Assembly: GCA_963805625.1 (NCBI GenBank)
Contig: CAWDVE010000021.1
Coordinates: 64,001-128,000, forward strand
DNA from: an uncultured Candidatus Rokubacteria bacterium
Lineage (GTDB): Bacteria; Methylomirabilota; Methylomirabilia; Rokubacteriales; DASRDR01
Direction of reading: 5' to 3'
Length of the DNA: 64,000 bases
Part shown: positions 38,798 through 47,177 of the stretch, piece by piece
Numbering within the stretch: the first letter of the stretch is position 1
Layout: each line of letters starts with the position of its first letter
Translations under genes and position numbers: made by a program
Notes under the pieces: model-generated
What the model saw: only the letters and a program-made list of their open reading frames with translations
What the model was told of the DNA's origin: nothing
Database searches by the model: none

Positions 38798-40678
38798 TCA
38801 GCGCTCGGTACTGCCGCCGGCGATCGGGGCGGCGGCAGGGGTAGGGTGGCCCCCGGGGGCGCTCTCGGCCGCTGGATGGCCCTTCTCACCGAGTCCCCCA
38901 AGCCAAAAAATGAACATGACCATCAGGAAAAACAGGATGGTCGTGCCCGTGATCACGTTCGCCGCGTACCCGAGGGCCGGCGTCAGGGCATCGGGCGACC
39001 GATCCTGCATGACCCCGTAGATGTGCCAGTGCTGCCGGATTCCCGACCGCGCGAAGCCCATCAGGCCCATCAACCACGTGAAGGTCACGGCGAGAAGGAT
39101 GAGCACGTACTGGGAGCGCGGGGCGATGGTCCCCCAGCGGATCGTGCCCGTGGAACGGGCTCCCCGGAGCATCGGGATGTCGATCGCCATCACGATCACG
39201 ATGCACAGGAGGACCGAGCCCACCTGCAGCGGCGAGAAGCGCCGGATGCGGACGATCGCCTCCACGAAGTATCCGCCGAGTCCCAGGCCCACCACGGCGG
39301 CGGCAGCGAGCGCGAAGGTCGCGTACTGGAGCAGCATCCCTGTCCGCGCCCACGATACGGTGGGCTCCCGGTTCGCCCGGCGATACAGCAGGTAGGAGAA
39401 GAACGTCGTGAGGATCATGAGGTTCACGGCGGTGTTCTTCGCGCTCATGACCCCGAAGAAGCGGAGGAACCGGTGGTCCGACCCGCCCATGGCCCGGACC
39501 TCGCCGAGCGAGGCGATGAGGCTCCGTGGCGTGGCCCAGACCATGAACCCCAGCGCGATCACGAGGAGGAGGTACTTGATCCAAGGCCGGAAGCGCTCGG
39601 CGCCCGGGATGCGCTCCATCCCGAGCCAGAGGTAGTAGTTCGAGCCGAGGAACAGCACCCCGATGAGAATGGCCTGGACGATCCAGAGCCACGACATGAA
39701 GCCGCCCATCATCGTGATGCCCATCGTCTGGTTGTAGCCGTAGATCTCGAACCCGAGCCAGTACCCGGCGAACGGCAGGACCATCAGGGCCGAGAGCGCC
39801 ACGAAGTTCCCGATGTAGCCCATCCAGTCGTAGCGGGCCCGCTCCTCGTCGGTCTTGGCGCCGAGGAACCGGAAGGCCGCGTACCCGGCGGCGATCGTGC
39901 CCCCGAAGACGACGTTGGCGATGAGCCGGTGGATGTTGACCGGCATCCACGTGAAGTTGTTCACGGCCTGCCAGAGGGTCCCCGTGAACTTGCCGGCGTC
40001 GTCCACGCCCGCCGGCGAGATCATGAACGTCACCCACGAGTTCGACACGAACAGGATCGCGGTGCCGAGGAGGTTCGAGAGCACGCCGATCCCGACGTGG
40101 AGCCCCTTCCTCGGCCCCGAGAGCCAGTTCCAGCCGTAGTACCAGAGGTACACGGTGAACGTCTCGAGGAAGAAGAGGGCCGCGTACAGCCACATCGTGG
40201 GCGCGAAGATCCCGCTCATGAAGGTCCAGAACCTCGGATAAAGCGTGATCAACAGGAAGAGGAGCAGCCCCCCGAGCAGCGCCGTCGTCGAGAAGGCCGC
40301 AAAGGTGAGCTTGACGAATTCGTGGGAAAGCCAGTCGTAGCGCCGTCCCTCCTCGCGGTCCAACCCGATCCGCCAGCCCATGAACTCGATGATCACGGCG
40401 AAGATCGGGACCCCGAGGATGAACGCCGCGAAGTTCAGGTGGATCTGGGCAATCACCCAAATCGCCAGCCGGGAGCCGACGTAGGGAAACGCCCGGTAGG
40501 CGGCCTCCTTCTGCTCCTGGGCCCAGCCCGGGGTCACCAGGAGGGCGACCGCCGCGGCCGCCAAGAGGACCGGGAGGAGGCGCGGGAGTCGGGACGATCC
40601 CGTATCGCTCGGGATCAGGCGCGGTCGCGCGGTGGTCGTGCCGAGGCTCCTTCGGGGTCCAGGCACTGCGAGCGGCAC
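38798..40678 (-). CDS. Cytochrome bd-like (CydA superfamily) subunit without Q-loop; start codon uncertain
   Basis: AQIHLNF, FFLET, NSW..SPAG, IHRLIAN, GVMSAK, RQHW (equivalent to GRQPW); no cydB nearby. Confidence 0.85.
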   Translation of the reverse strand: MPLAVPGPRRSLGTTTARPRLIPSDTGSSRLPRLLPVLLAAAAVALLVTPGWAQEQKEAAYRAFPYVGSRLAIWVIAQIHLNFAAFILGVPIFAVIIEFMGWRIGLDREEGRRYDWLSHEFVKLTFAAFSTTALLGGLLLFLLITLYPRFWTFMSGIFAPTMWLYAALFFLETFTVYLWYYGWNWLSGPRKGLHVGIGVLSNLLGTAILFVSNSWVTFMISPAGVDDAGKFTGTLWQAVNNFTWMPVNIHRLIANVVFGGTIAAGYAAFRFLGAKTDEERARYDWMGYIGNFVALSALMVLPFAGYWLGFEIYGYNQTMGITMMGGFMSWLWIVQAILIGVLFLGSNYYLWLGMERIPGAERFRPWIKYLLLVIALGFMVWATPRSLIASLGEVRAMGGSDHRFLRFFGVMSAKNTAVNLMILTTFFSYLLYRRANREPTVSWARTGMLLQYATFALAAAAVVGLGLGGYFVEAIVRIRRFSPLQVGSVLLCIVIVMAIDIPMLRGARSTGTIRWGTIAPRSQYVLILLAVTFTWLMGLMGFARSGIRQHWHIYGVMQDRSPDALTPALGYAANVITGTTILFFLMVMFIFWLGGLGEKGHPAAESAPGGHPTPAAAPIAGGSTER

Positions 40679-40727
40679 CCGGGGGAGCCCGGACCGCTTG
40701 TTCCAATCGTCACAAGGACGTCGCCTC

Positions 40728-40757
40728 TTTGTAGGGCAGCGAGGGGGCCCCTGTCAA
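40728..40757 (-). promoter_or_regulatory. Putative sigma70 promoter of the respiratory cluster
   Basis: TTGACA (40757-40752), 18-nt spacer, TACAAA (40733-40728). Confidence 0.5.
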
Positions 40758-40877
40758 GAGCACGCATCGCCTCAAAACTTCGGTTACCGAGGAAGGCTCC
40801 GTCACCTCGTGGGGGGGATGTGGTCACCCTGACTGTCGGCTCGCAGCGCGGTCGCGGGTTCCCCCTTCGCGTCGCCG

Positions 40878-40907
40878 TTGCGATGCCGGGCGCCAGTCTG
40901 CTACGAT
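40878..40907 (+). promoter_or_regulatory. Putative promoter of the liv operon
   Basis: TTGCGA, 18-nt spacer ending in TGc, then TACGAT. Confidence 0.45.
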
Positions 40908-40966
40908 CCGCGCCACGCCGGGCGGCGCCCCGTAGCGGCGACGCCCGCCCCCCAGAGCCAGCACAC

Positions 40967-41830
40967 GTGACCGCCGAGGTCGTCGCCCAGGCCCTCCTCT
41001 CCGGCCTCCTCATGGGCTTCGTGTACGCCCTGGTCGCGGCCGGCCTCTCGCTCATCTTCGGCCTCATGGAGATCGTGAACTTCGCCCACGGCGAGTTCCT
41101 GATGCTCGCGATGTTCGCGACGTTCTGGGCCTGGGCCCTGGCGGGCCTCGATCCCGTCCTCACCCTCCCGCTCGCGACCGCCCTCCTGTTCGGGGTGGGC
41201 TGGATCGTCTACCGGGGCGTGATCAGCCGCATTCTGGCCGCCCCGATGCTGGCCCAGATCTTCGCGACCTTCGGGCTGTCCGTGTTTCTCCGAAGCGGCG
41301 CCCAGTTCCTGTGGACGCCGGACTTCCGGCTCGTCCAGAATCCCTGGATCCACGGACGTTTCTCGCTTCTGGGGCTCTTCGTCGGCGCCCCCCAGCTTGC
41401 CGCCGCCCTGACCGCCCTGCTGGCCTTCGGGCTCCTCTACTGGTTCATCACCCGCACCGAGACGGGGCTCGCCCTCCAGGCGACGGCCCAGGACCGCCAG
41501 GCCGCGGCTCTCATGGGGATCAATACCGAACGGATGTTCGCGCTCGGCTGGGGGCTCGGGGCGGCCTGCGTCGGGGCAGCCGGCGCGCTCCTCGCGAACT
41601 TCTTCTATGTGTTTCCGGACGTGGGGGCCGTCTTCGCGCTCCTCGCCTACGTCACGGTCGCGCTCGGAGGCTTCGGCAACGTCGCGGCGACGCTCCTCGG
41701 GGGCGTGCTGATCGGCCTGGTCGAGAACCTCGTCGGGCTCTGGGCACCGGCCTTCAAGTACGTCGGCGTCTTCTGTTTCTACCTCTTGGTGGTGCTCTGG
41801 CGCCCCCAGGGCCTCTTCGGGCGGTACTGA
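40967..41830 (+). CDS. livH: Branched-chain amino acid ABC permease
   Basis: YALVAAGLSLIFG..VNFAHGE, AALMGIN, LGGFG, RPQGLFG. Confidence 0.9.
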   Translation: MTAEVVAQALLSGLLMGFVYALVAAGLSLIFGLMEIVNFAHGEFLMLAMFATFWAWALAGLDPVLTLPLATALLFGVGWIVYRGVISRILAAPMLAQIFATFGLSVFLRSGAQFLWTPDFRLVQNPWIHGRFSLLGLFVGAPQLAAALTALLAFGLLYWFITRTETGLALQATAQDRQAAALMGINTERMFALGWGLGAACVGAAGALLANFFYVFPDVGAVFALLAYVTVALGGFGNVAATLLGGVLIGLVENLVGLWAPAFKYVGVFCFYLLVVLWRPQGLFGRY

Positions 41831-41834
41831 GGCT

Positions 41835-42839
41835 GTGGGGGACCGGGGCCGACGTGCGCTCCTGGCCGGGCTCGGCGCCGTGCTGGTCGCCTTCCCCTGG
41901 GTCTTCGTCCAGCCCTACCCGCGCGACGTGATGATCCGGATCTTCCTCTACGCGCTGCTCGCCCAGGCCTGGAATCTGCTCGGAGGTTACTGCGGCCAGG
42001 TCTCGCTCGGGAGCGCCGTCTTCTTCGGGATCGGCGCCTACACGTCCTCCGTGCTGTCGCTGTGGTGGGGCGTCTCGCCCTGGCTCGGGATGCTGGCCGG
42101 CATGGCGCTGGCCGTCCTGGTCTCCCAGGCGATCGGCTATCCCTGCTTCCGGCTCCGAGGTCACTACTTCGCGATCGCCACGATCGGCATCGGGGAGATC
42201 GTCCAGACTGTCGCGATCAACTGGGACGCGATCGGCGGCGCGCGGGGCATTTGGCTCCCGATCAAGCCGGAGACTCTGGTGAACTTCCAGTTCCACCGGG
42301 CCAAGTGGGCGTACTACTACGTCGCGCTCGCCCTCCTGGCCGCCGTGTTCGGCCTAACCGCCTTCGTCGAGCGCTCGCGGCTCGGGTACTACTTCCGCGC
42401 GATCCGCGAGGATCCGGACGCGGCCCAGAGCCTGGGCGTCCCCCTGACGCGCTACAAGCTCCTGGCGATCGCCGGCTCGGCCGCGTTCACGGCGCTGGGT
42501 GGCACCTTCTACGCGCAGTACGTCCTCTTCATCGACCCGGAGTCTGTGTTCCCGACGTCGCTCTCCATCCTGGTCTGCCTGGTCGCCGTACTAGGGGGCG
42601 TCGGCACACTCTGGGGTCCGGCCCTCGGGGCGGGCGTGCTCATCTCCCTGTCCGAGACGACACGCGTCTGGCTCGGAGGCACCGGGAAGGCCGTCGACCT
42701 CATGATCTACGGAGGTCTCATCGTCCTCGTCTCGGTCTTCCAGCCGGGCGGCCTCGTGGGACTTGTCCGACGGCTGGGCCGCCGTCCGGGGGGACCGGCG
42801 TCGCCGACGCCGGTCGCCGTGCCCCAGGGCATGGGATAG
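41835..42839 (+). CDS. livM: Branched-chain amino acid ABC permease
   Basis: WNLLGGYCGQVSLG, LRGHYFAIAT, AIREDPDAA, GGVGTLWGP. Confidence 0.9.
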   Translation: MGDRGRRALLAGLGAVLVAFPWVFVQPYPRDVMIRIFLYALLAQAWNLLGGYCGQVSLGSAVFFGIGAYTSSVLSLWWGVSPWLGMLAGMALAVLVSQAIGYPCFRLRGHYFAIATIGIGEIVQTVAINWDAIGGARGIWLPIKPETLVNFQFHRAKWAYYYVALALLAAVFGLTAFVERSRLGYYFRAIREDPDAAQSLGVPLTRYKLLAIAGSAAFTALGGTFYAQYVLFIDPESVFPTSLSILVCLVAVLGGVGTLWGPALGAGVLISLSETTRVWLGGTGKAVDLMIYGGLIVLVSVFQPGGLVGLVRRLGRRPGGPASPTPVAVPQGMG

Positions 42840-42853
42840 CCGGGGCCCGCGCG

Positions 42854-43624
42854 ATGGATCTCCGCGTGGATTCCCAAGTGGAGGGGGCCAGGAAGGGAGG
42901 GGCTGGGGCTCTCCTGGAGGTCCGCGCCGTCACCAAGCGCTTCGGCGGCCTCGTGGCGAACCAGGAGATCACCTTCGACGTGGCGCCGGGCGAGATCGTC
43001 GGCGTGATCGGGCCGAACGGCGCCGGGAAGTCGACGCTGTTCGACGTGATCACGGGCTTTCACCGGCCGGACAGGGGGGACATCCGCTTCGCCGGCGAGA
43101 CCCTCATCGGCCTCCGGCCGGATCAGATCAACCGCCGGGGCATCGGCCGGACATTCCAGAAGCTCCGCCCGTTCAGTGGCATGACGGTGCGGGAGAACGT
43201 CACGGTGGGCGCCCTCGCGCGCGCCGCATCCACCGGCGCGGCGCGCGTCGAGGCCGATCGCTGCCTCGCGCTGGTGGGGCTCGCCGACAAGGCCGGCGCC
43301 TTCGCCCGCGAGCTCTCGACCGGACAGCGGAAACGCCTCGAGATGGCGCGGGCGATGGCCACGCGGCCCCGGCTCCTCATGCTGGACGAAGTCACCGGGG
43401 GCGTGGACCAGCGGTCGATCCCCGGCTTGGTCGCCCTGATCAGCCGGCTCCGCGACGAGGGCGCCACCCTGGTCGTCATCGAGCACAACATGCGGGTCAT
43501 CATGAGCGTCGCGACGCGCATCGTCGCGCTCCATCTCGGGGAGAAGATCGCGGACGGTCCGCCCGCGGACGTCGTGCGCGACCGCCGACTCGTCGAGGCC
43601 TACCTCGGCGCGGCCTACCTCTAG
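42854..43624 (+). CDS. livG: Branched-chain amino acid ABC ATPase
   Basis: KRFGGL, GPNGAGKS, RTFQ, LMLDE, IEHNM, EAYLG. Confidence 0.9.
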   Translation: MDLRVDSQVEGARKGGAGALLEVRAVTKRFGGLVANQEITFDVAPGEIVGVIGPNGAGKSTLFDVITGFHRPDRGDIRFAGETLIGLRPDQINRRGIGRTFQKLRPFSGMTVRENVTVGALARAASTGAARVEADRCLALVGLADKAGAFARELSTGQRKRLEMARAMATRPRLLMLDEVTGGVDQRSIPGLVALISRLRDEGATLVVIEHNMRVIMSVATRIVALHLGEKIADGPPADVVRDRRLVEAYLGAAYL

Positions 43625-43627
43625 GCC

Positions 43628-44335
43628 ATGCTGCGAGTCGAGGGGCTCTCGGTCGCGTACGGGGACTTCCAAGTCCTCTGGGACGTCTCGCTCGAGGTCC
43701 GAGCGGGCGAGATCGTCGCCCTCCTCGGCCCGAACGGCGCGGGCAAGTCCACCCTCCTCAACAGCGTCTCCGGCCTCGTCCGCGCCCGGCAGGGGCGGAT
43801 CGAACTCGAGGGCCGGCGCGTCGACGGGCTGCCGGCCCACGAGCGGGTGGCCTTCGGCCTCGCCCACGTGCTGGAGCGCCGGCGGCTGTTTCCCTACCTC
43901 ACCGTCCGCCAGAACCTGCTCCTGGGGGCCTACCACCCGGCCGCGAAGCCCCACCGCGCGGAGAGCCTCGCCTGGGTGGAGGCGCTCTTCCCCCGCCTCC
44001 GGGAGCGCGAGAACCAGCCCGCCCACACGCTGTCCGGGGGCGAGCAGCAGATGGTGGCGATCGGGCGAGGCCTGATGGCCCGGCCGCGCCTCCTGCTCGT
44101 CGACGAGCCCACGCTCGGCCTGGCGCCCAGGGTGGTCGCCGACATCCTCGATGTGCTCCGCCGCATCAATGGGGAGCAGGGCGTCACGGTGCTCTTCATC
44201 GAGCAGAACGTCGAGGTCGCCCTGTCCCTCGCCCACCGCGGCTACATCCTCGAGTCGGGCCGCCTGCTGCTCGACGGCTCCGCCGCGGCCCTGCGGGCTT
44301 CCCCCGAGGTCCGGCGGGTCTTCCTCGGCCTCTGA
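43628..44335 (+). CDS. livF: Branched-chain amino acid ABC ATPase
   Basis: GPNGAGKS, LSGGEQQM, DEPTLGLAP, EQN. Confidence 0.9.
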   Translation: MLRVEGLSVAYGDFQVLWDVSLEVRAGEIVALLGPNGAGKSTLLNSVSGLVRARQGRIELEGRRVDGLPAHERVAFGLAHVLERRRLFPYLTVRQNLLLGAYHPAAKPHRAESLAWVEALFPRLRERENQPAHTLSGGEQQMVAIGRGLMARPRLLLVDEPTLGLAPRVVADILDVLRRINGEQGVTVLFIEQNVEVALSLAHRGYILESGRLLLDGSAAALRASPEVRRVFLGL

Positions 44336-44467
44336 GCCGCTCGGCGGGGCCGGGGGGCGCGATTGCTCCACCCGCCGCCGCTGTGCTACCGTGAAAGGTG
44401 CTAGTTCACGCTCGTCTCGTGATGAGCGTCACTCCGACCGATCGGTCATCCTGAGCGGAGGATCTCC

Positions 44468-44797
44468 ATGGCAGGTCAGGCCACGTTGCACCTCACCGAG
44501 GCCGCATTCGACCAGACTCTGGCCGAGCACCAAGAGGCGATCATCGTCGACTTCTGGGCGGAGTGGTGCGGCCCGTGCAAGGCGATCGCGCCGACCCTCG
44601 ACGAGCTGGCAGTGGAGTACGCGGGGCGCGTGACGATCGCGAAGGTCAACGTCGACGAGCATCCCGGCCTCGCGGCCCGCTTCCAGGTGCGCTCGATCCC
44701 AACCCTCCTCTTCTTCAAGGGCGGCCAGGTCATCGATCAGGTCATCGGCGCGGTCCCCAAGGCGCAGATCAAGAAGCGCTTGGACGCGGTCGCCTGA
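44468..44797 (+). CDS. trxA: Thioredoxin
   Basis: DFWAEWCGPCK, SIPT. Confidence 0.95.
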   Translation: MAGQATLHLTEAAFDQTLAEHQEAIIVDFWAEWCGPCKAIAPTLDELAVEYAGRVTIAKVNVDEHPGLAARFQVRSIPTLLFFKGGQVIDQVIGAVPKAQIKKRLDAVA

Positions 44798-44810
44798 GCG
44801 GAGCCCGCCG

Positions 44811-45851
44811 GTGAAGGCCGGCGAGGACCCTGACCCGGGGCTCTCACGCATCACGCTGGCAGAGCTCGGCGAGCGCGGGCTGATTGCCCGCCTCCGCCAC
44901 CGGCTCCCGCCGCCCGGGCCCGACATCCTGGTAGGAATCGGGGATGACGCCGCCGCGGTGAGCTGGGGCGGGGAGACTCTCCTGCTGACGACCGACACCT
45001 TGCTTGAGGGCGTCCACTTCCGCCGCTCCACCGCCACGCTCCGCGACATCGGCGCCAAGGCGATTGCGGTCAACGTCTCCGATATCGCCGCCATGGGCGG
45101 AGAGCCCCGCTATGCGCTGCTCGCCCTCGCGCTGCCCCCGAGCCTCACCGTGGACGAGGTCGACGAGCTGTACGCGGGGTTCCTGGACATGGCCCGGCAG
45201 CACGGCGTGACGCTCGTCGGGGGCGACACCTGCGCCGCTCCCGGCGGCGTGGTCCTCTCGGTGACCCTCGTCGGGCGCGTGACCGGCACGCCTCTTCGCC
45301 GCAGCGGCGCCCGGCCGGGCGACGCCATCCTGGTCACGGGGACCCTCGGGGCATCGGCGGCGGGCCTGGCCGTGCTCGAGCGAGGGCACGGCGGGTTGCC
45401 GCCGGCCGTCGTCGAGGCGGTCGTGCGCCCGCACCGGGTGCCGACTCCCCGCGTCGCTGAGAGCCGGCTCATCCAGGCCTCGGGCTGGGCGACGGCGATG
45501 ATCGACCTCTCGGACGGCCTCGTGACGGATCTCGGGCACATCGCGACCGAGAGCCGGGTGGGAGCGCGGATCGATATCGATGCCCTCCCGGTGAGTGAGG
45601 CAACCCGCGCGGTGGCCGGCGCCTTCGGCGTTGACCCCCTGGGCTGGGCGCTGAGCGGCGGCGAGGACTACGAGCTCCTCTTCACGGCGGCCCCGGACCG
45701 GGCGGCCGAGCTCGCCCGCGCGGTGGAGGCGCGGGCGGGCACGCCCGTCCACCGGATCGGGGAGGTACGGCCCCTGGACGAAGGCGTGCGGTTCCTCGAC
45801 CAGGGCGGCCGCCCGCATGTGGTCGAGCCCGGCTTCGACCACTTCGGCTGA
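44811..45851 (+). CDS. thiL: Thiamine-monophosphate kinase
   Basis: GIGDDAA, NVSDIAAMGG, GGDT, DLSDGL, GGEDYELLF, GFDHF. Confidence 0.94.
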   Translation: MKAGEDPDPGLSRITLAELGERGLIARLRHRLPPPGPDILVGIGDDAAAVSWGGETLLLTTDTLLEGVHFRRSTATLRDIGAKAIAVNVSDIAAMGGEPRYALLALALPPSLTVDEVDELYAGFLDMARQHGVTLVGGDTCAAPGGVVLSVTLVGRVTGTPLRRSGARPGDAILVTGTLGASAAGLAVLERGHGGLPPAVVEAVVRPHRVPTPRVAESRLIQASGWATAMIDLSDGLVTDLGHIATESRVGARIDIDALPVSEATRAVAGAFGVDPLGWALSGGEDYELLFTAAPDRAAELARAVEARAGTPVHRIGEVRPLDEGVRFLDQGGRPHVVEPGFDHFG

Positions 45852-45854
45852 GCC

Positions 45855-47177
45855 ATGGAGCGACTGGTCCTCGATCTTCTCCTGCTGGCGGCCTTCCTCG
45901 GTGTCTCGGCGCTCCTGGCCGGCGCCGAGGCCGCCTACTTCTCGCTCACCCGCCTGGGAAGCGCCCATCTCGAGCCGGAGGAGTCCCCGGAACACGCTCT
46001 CCTCGTGCGGGTCCTCCGCGACCCGCGCGACCTCCTGATCACGCTGCTCGTCGGCATCACCATCGTCAACATCGCGGCCTCGGCGCTCGCCACGCAGGTG
46101 GCCACGACCCTGTTCGGGTCCCGAGGCATCGGGATCGCGATTCCCGTCATGGTCTTCCTCATCGTCGTCTTCGGCGAGGTCCTCCCCATGACGATCGCGG
46201 TCGGCATGCCGCACCGCTTCGGCCTGCTCGTGGCGCGTCCCGTGCTGGCGCTCCAGTGGCTCCTCACGCCGGTCCGCCTCCTGCTGGGGACGTTCACCCA
46301 CTTCGTGTCGCAGGCGGCGGACGGGGAGGGTGTGGCCAAAGCGGCGATTTCGGAGGCCGAGCTCCGCACGCTGGTCGAGGTCGGCCACCAGGAGGGCGTG
46401 GTCCAGCGCAAAGAGCGCGAGATGATCCACGGTGTCTTCGAGCTCGGGGAGACCACTGTGGCCGAGGTCATGGTCCCGCGGACGGACGTCTTCGGCGTCG
46501 ACGTGGCGACGCCGCCCGACCGACTGCTGCCCGCCGTCCGGGCAAACCTGCACCACCGCGTCCCCGTCTACGAGGGAAGCCTGGATCACGTGCTGGGCAT
46601 CCTCCTGGTGAAGGAGCTCCTGCCGTACTACGCGGGTCTGCCGCCCGACTTCGACCTCCGCGCGCACCTCACCCCACCCTACTTCGTGCCGCAATCGAAG
46701 CGGGCTGACGCGCTCCTGCGCGAGTTCAAGGCCAAGAAGCTCCGGACGGCCATCGTCGTCGACGAGTACGGCGGGACGGCGGGGCTGATCACGCTCGAGG
46801 ACCTCCTGGAGGAGGTCGTCGGCGAGATCCGCGACGAGTTCGAGGCCGAGGAACGCCTGGCCCAGCCCGTGGATGAGCGCACGTGGCGCGTGGCGGCGAA
46901 GATGTCCATCGGCGACTTCAATGGCGTCACGGGACTGTCCATCTCCGACGAGCACTTCGACACGGTCGGAGGCTGGGTCCTTGACCTCTTCGGTCGCGTG
47001 CCCCACCGGGGGGAGAGCGTCGAGGCCGAGGGCATCCGGGTCACGGTGGAGACAATGCACCGGAACCGCATCCTCCAGGTGCTCGTCCGCCTGGCAGCGC
47101 CCGCGGGCTCGCGATCCGCCGCGCCGGACGGGACCCCGATGCCGGACACCGACGTCCGATCCGGGAGCGAGACGTGA
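45855..47177 (+). CDS. CNNM/HlyC-CorC family (DUF21-CBS-CorC) protein
   Basis: FGEVLP, VMVPR, VDEYGGTAGLITLEDLLEE, DTVGG. Confidence 0.9.
   Translation: MERLVLDLLLLAAFLGVSALLAGAEAAYFSLTRLGSAHLEPEESPEHALLVRVLRDPRDLLITLLVGITIVNIAASALATQVATTLFGSRGIGIAIPVMVFLIVVFGEVLPMTIAVGMPHRFGLLVARPVLALQWLLTPVRLLLGTFTHFVSQAADGEGVAKAAISEAELRTLVEVGHQEGVVQRKEREMIHGVFELGETTVAEVMVPRTDVFGVDVATPPDRLLPAVRANLHHRVPVYEGSLDHVLGILLVKELLPYYAGLPPDFDLRAHLTPPYFVPQSKRADALLREFKAKKLRTAIVVDEYGGTAGLITLEDLLEEVVGEIRDEFEAEERLAQPVDERTWRVAAKMSIGDFNGVTGLSISDEHFDTVGGWVLDLFGRVPHRGESVEAEGIRVTVETMHRNRILQVLVRLAAPAGSRSAAPDGTPMPDTDVRSGSET

Noticed and set aside
35367-39020. 1217-aa + strand ORF, and similar long ORFs such as 7703..9742, 25775..27961, 44844..47060 and 50372..52588
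   Set aside because: Antisense shadows of real genes caused by high GC; Arg/Gly/His-rich with no recognisable motifs.
35673-40678. Calling this locus a nitrite oxidoreductase
   Set aside because: No molybdopterin (NxrA) or Fe-S (NxrB) subunit in the window; resemblance of accessory genes is not enough.
38846-40966. Apparent ~700-aa N-terminal extension of LivH
   Set aside because: Shadow of the CydA-like gene running in frame into livH; the real start is about 40967, with its own promoter.
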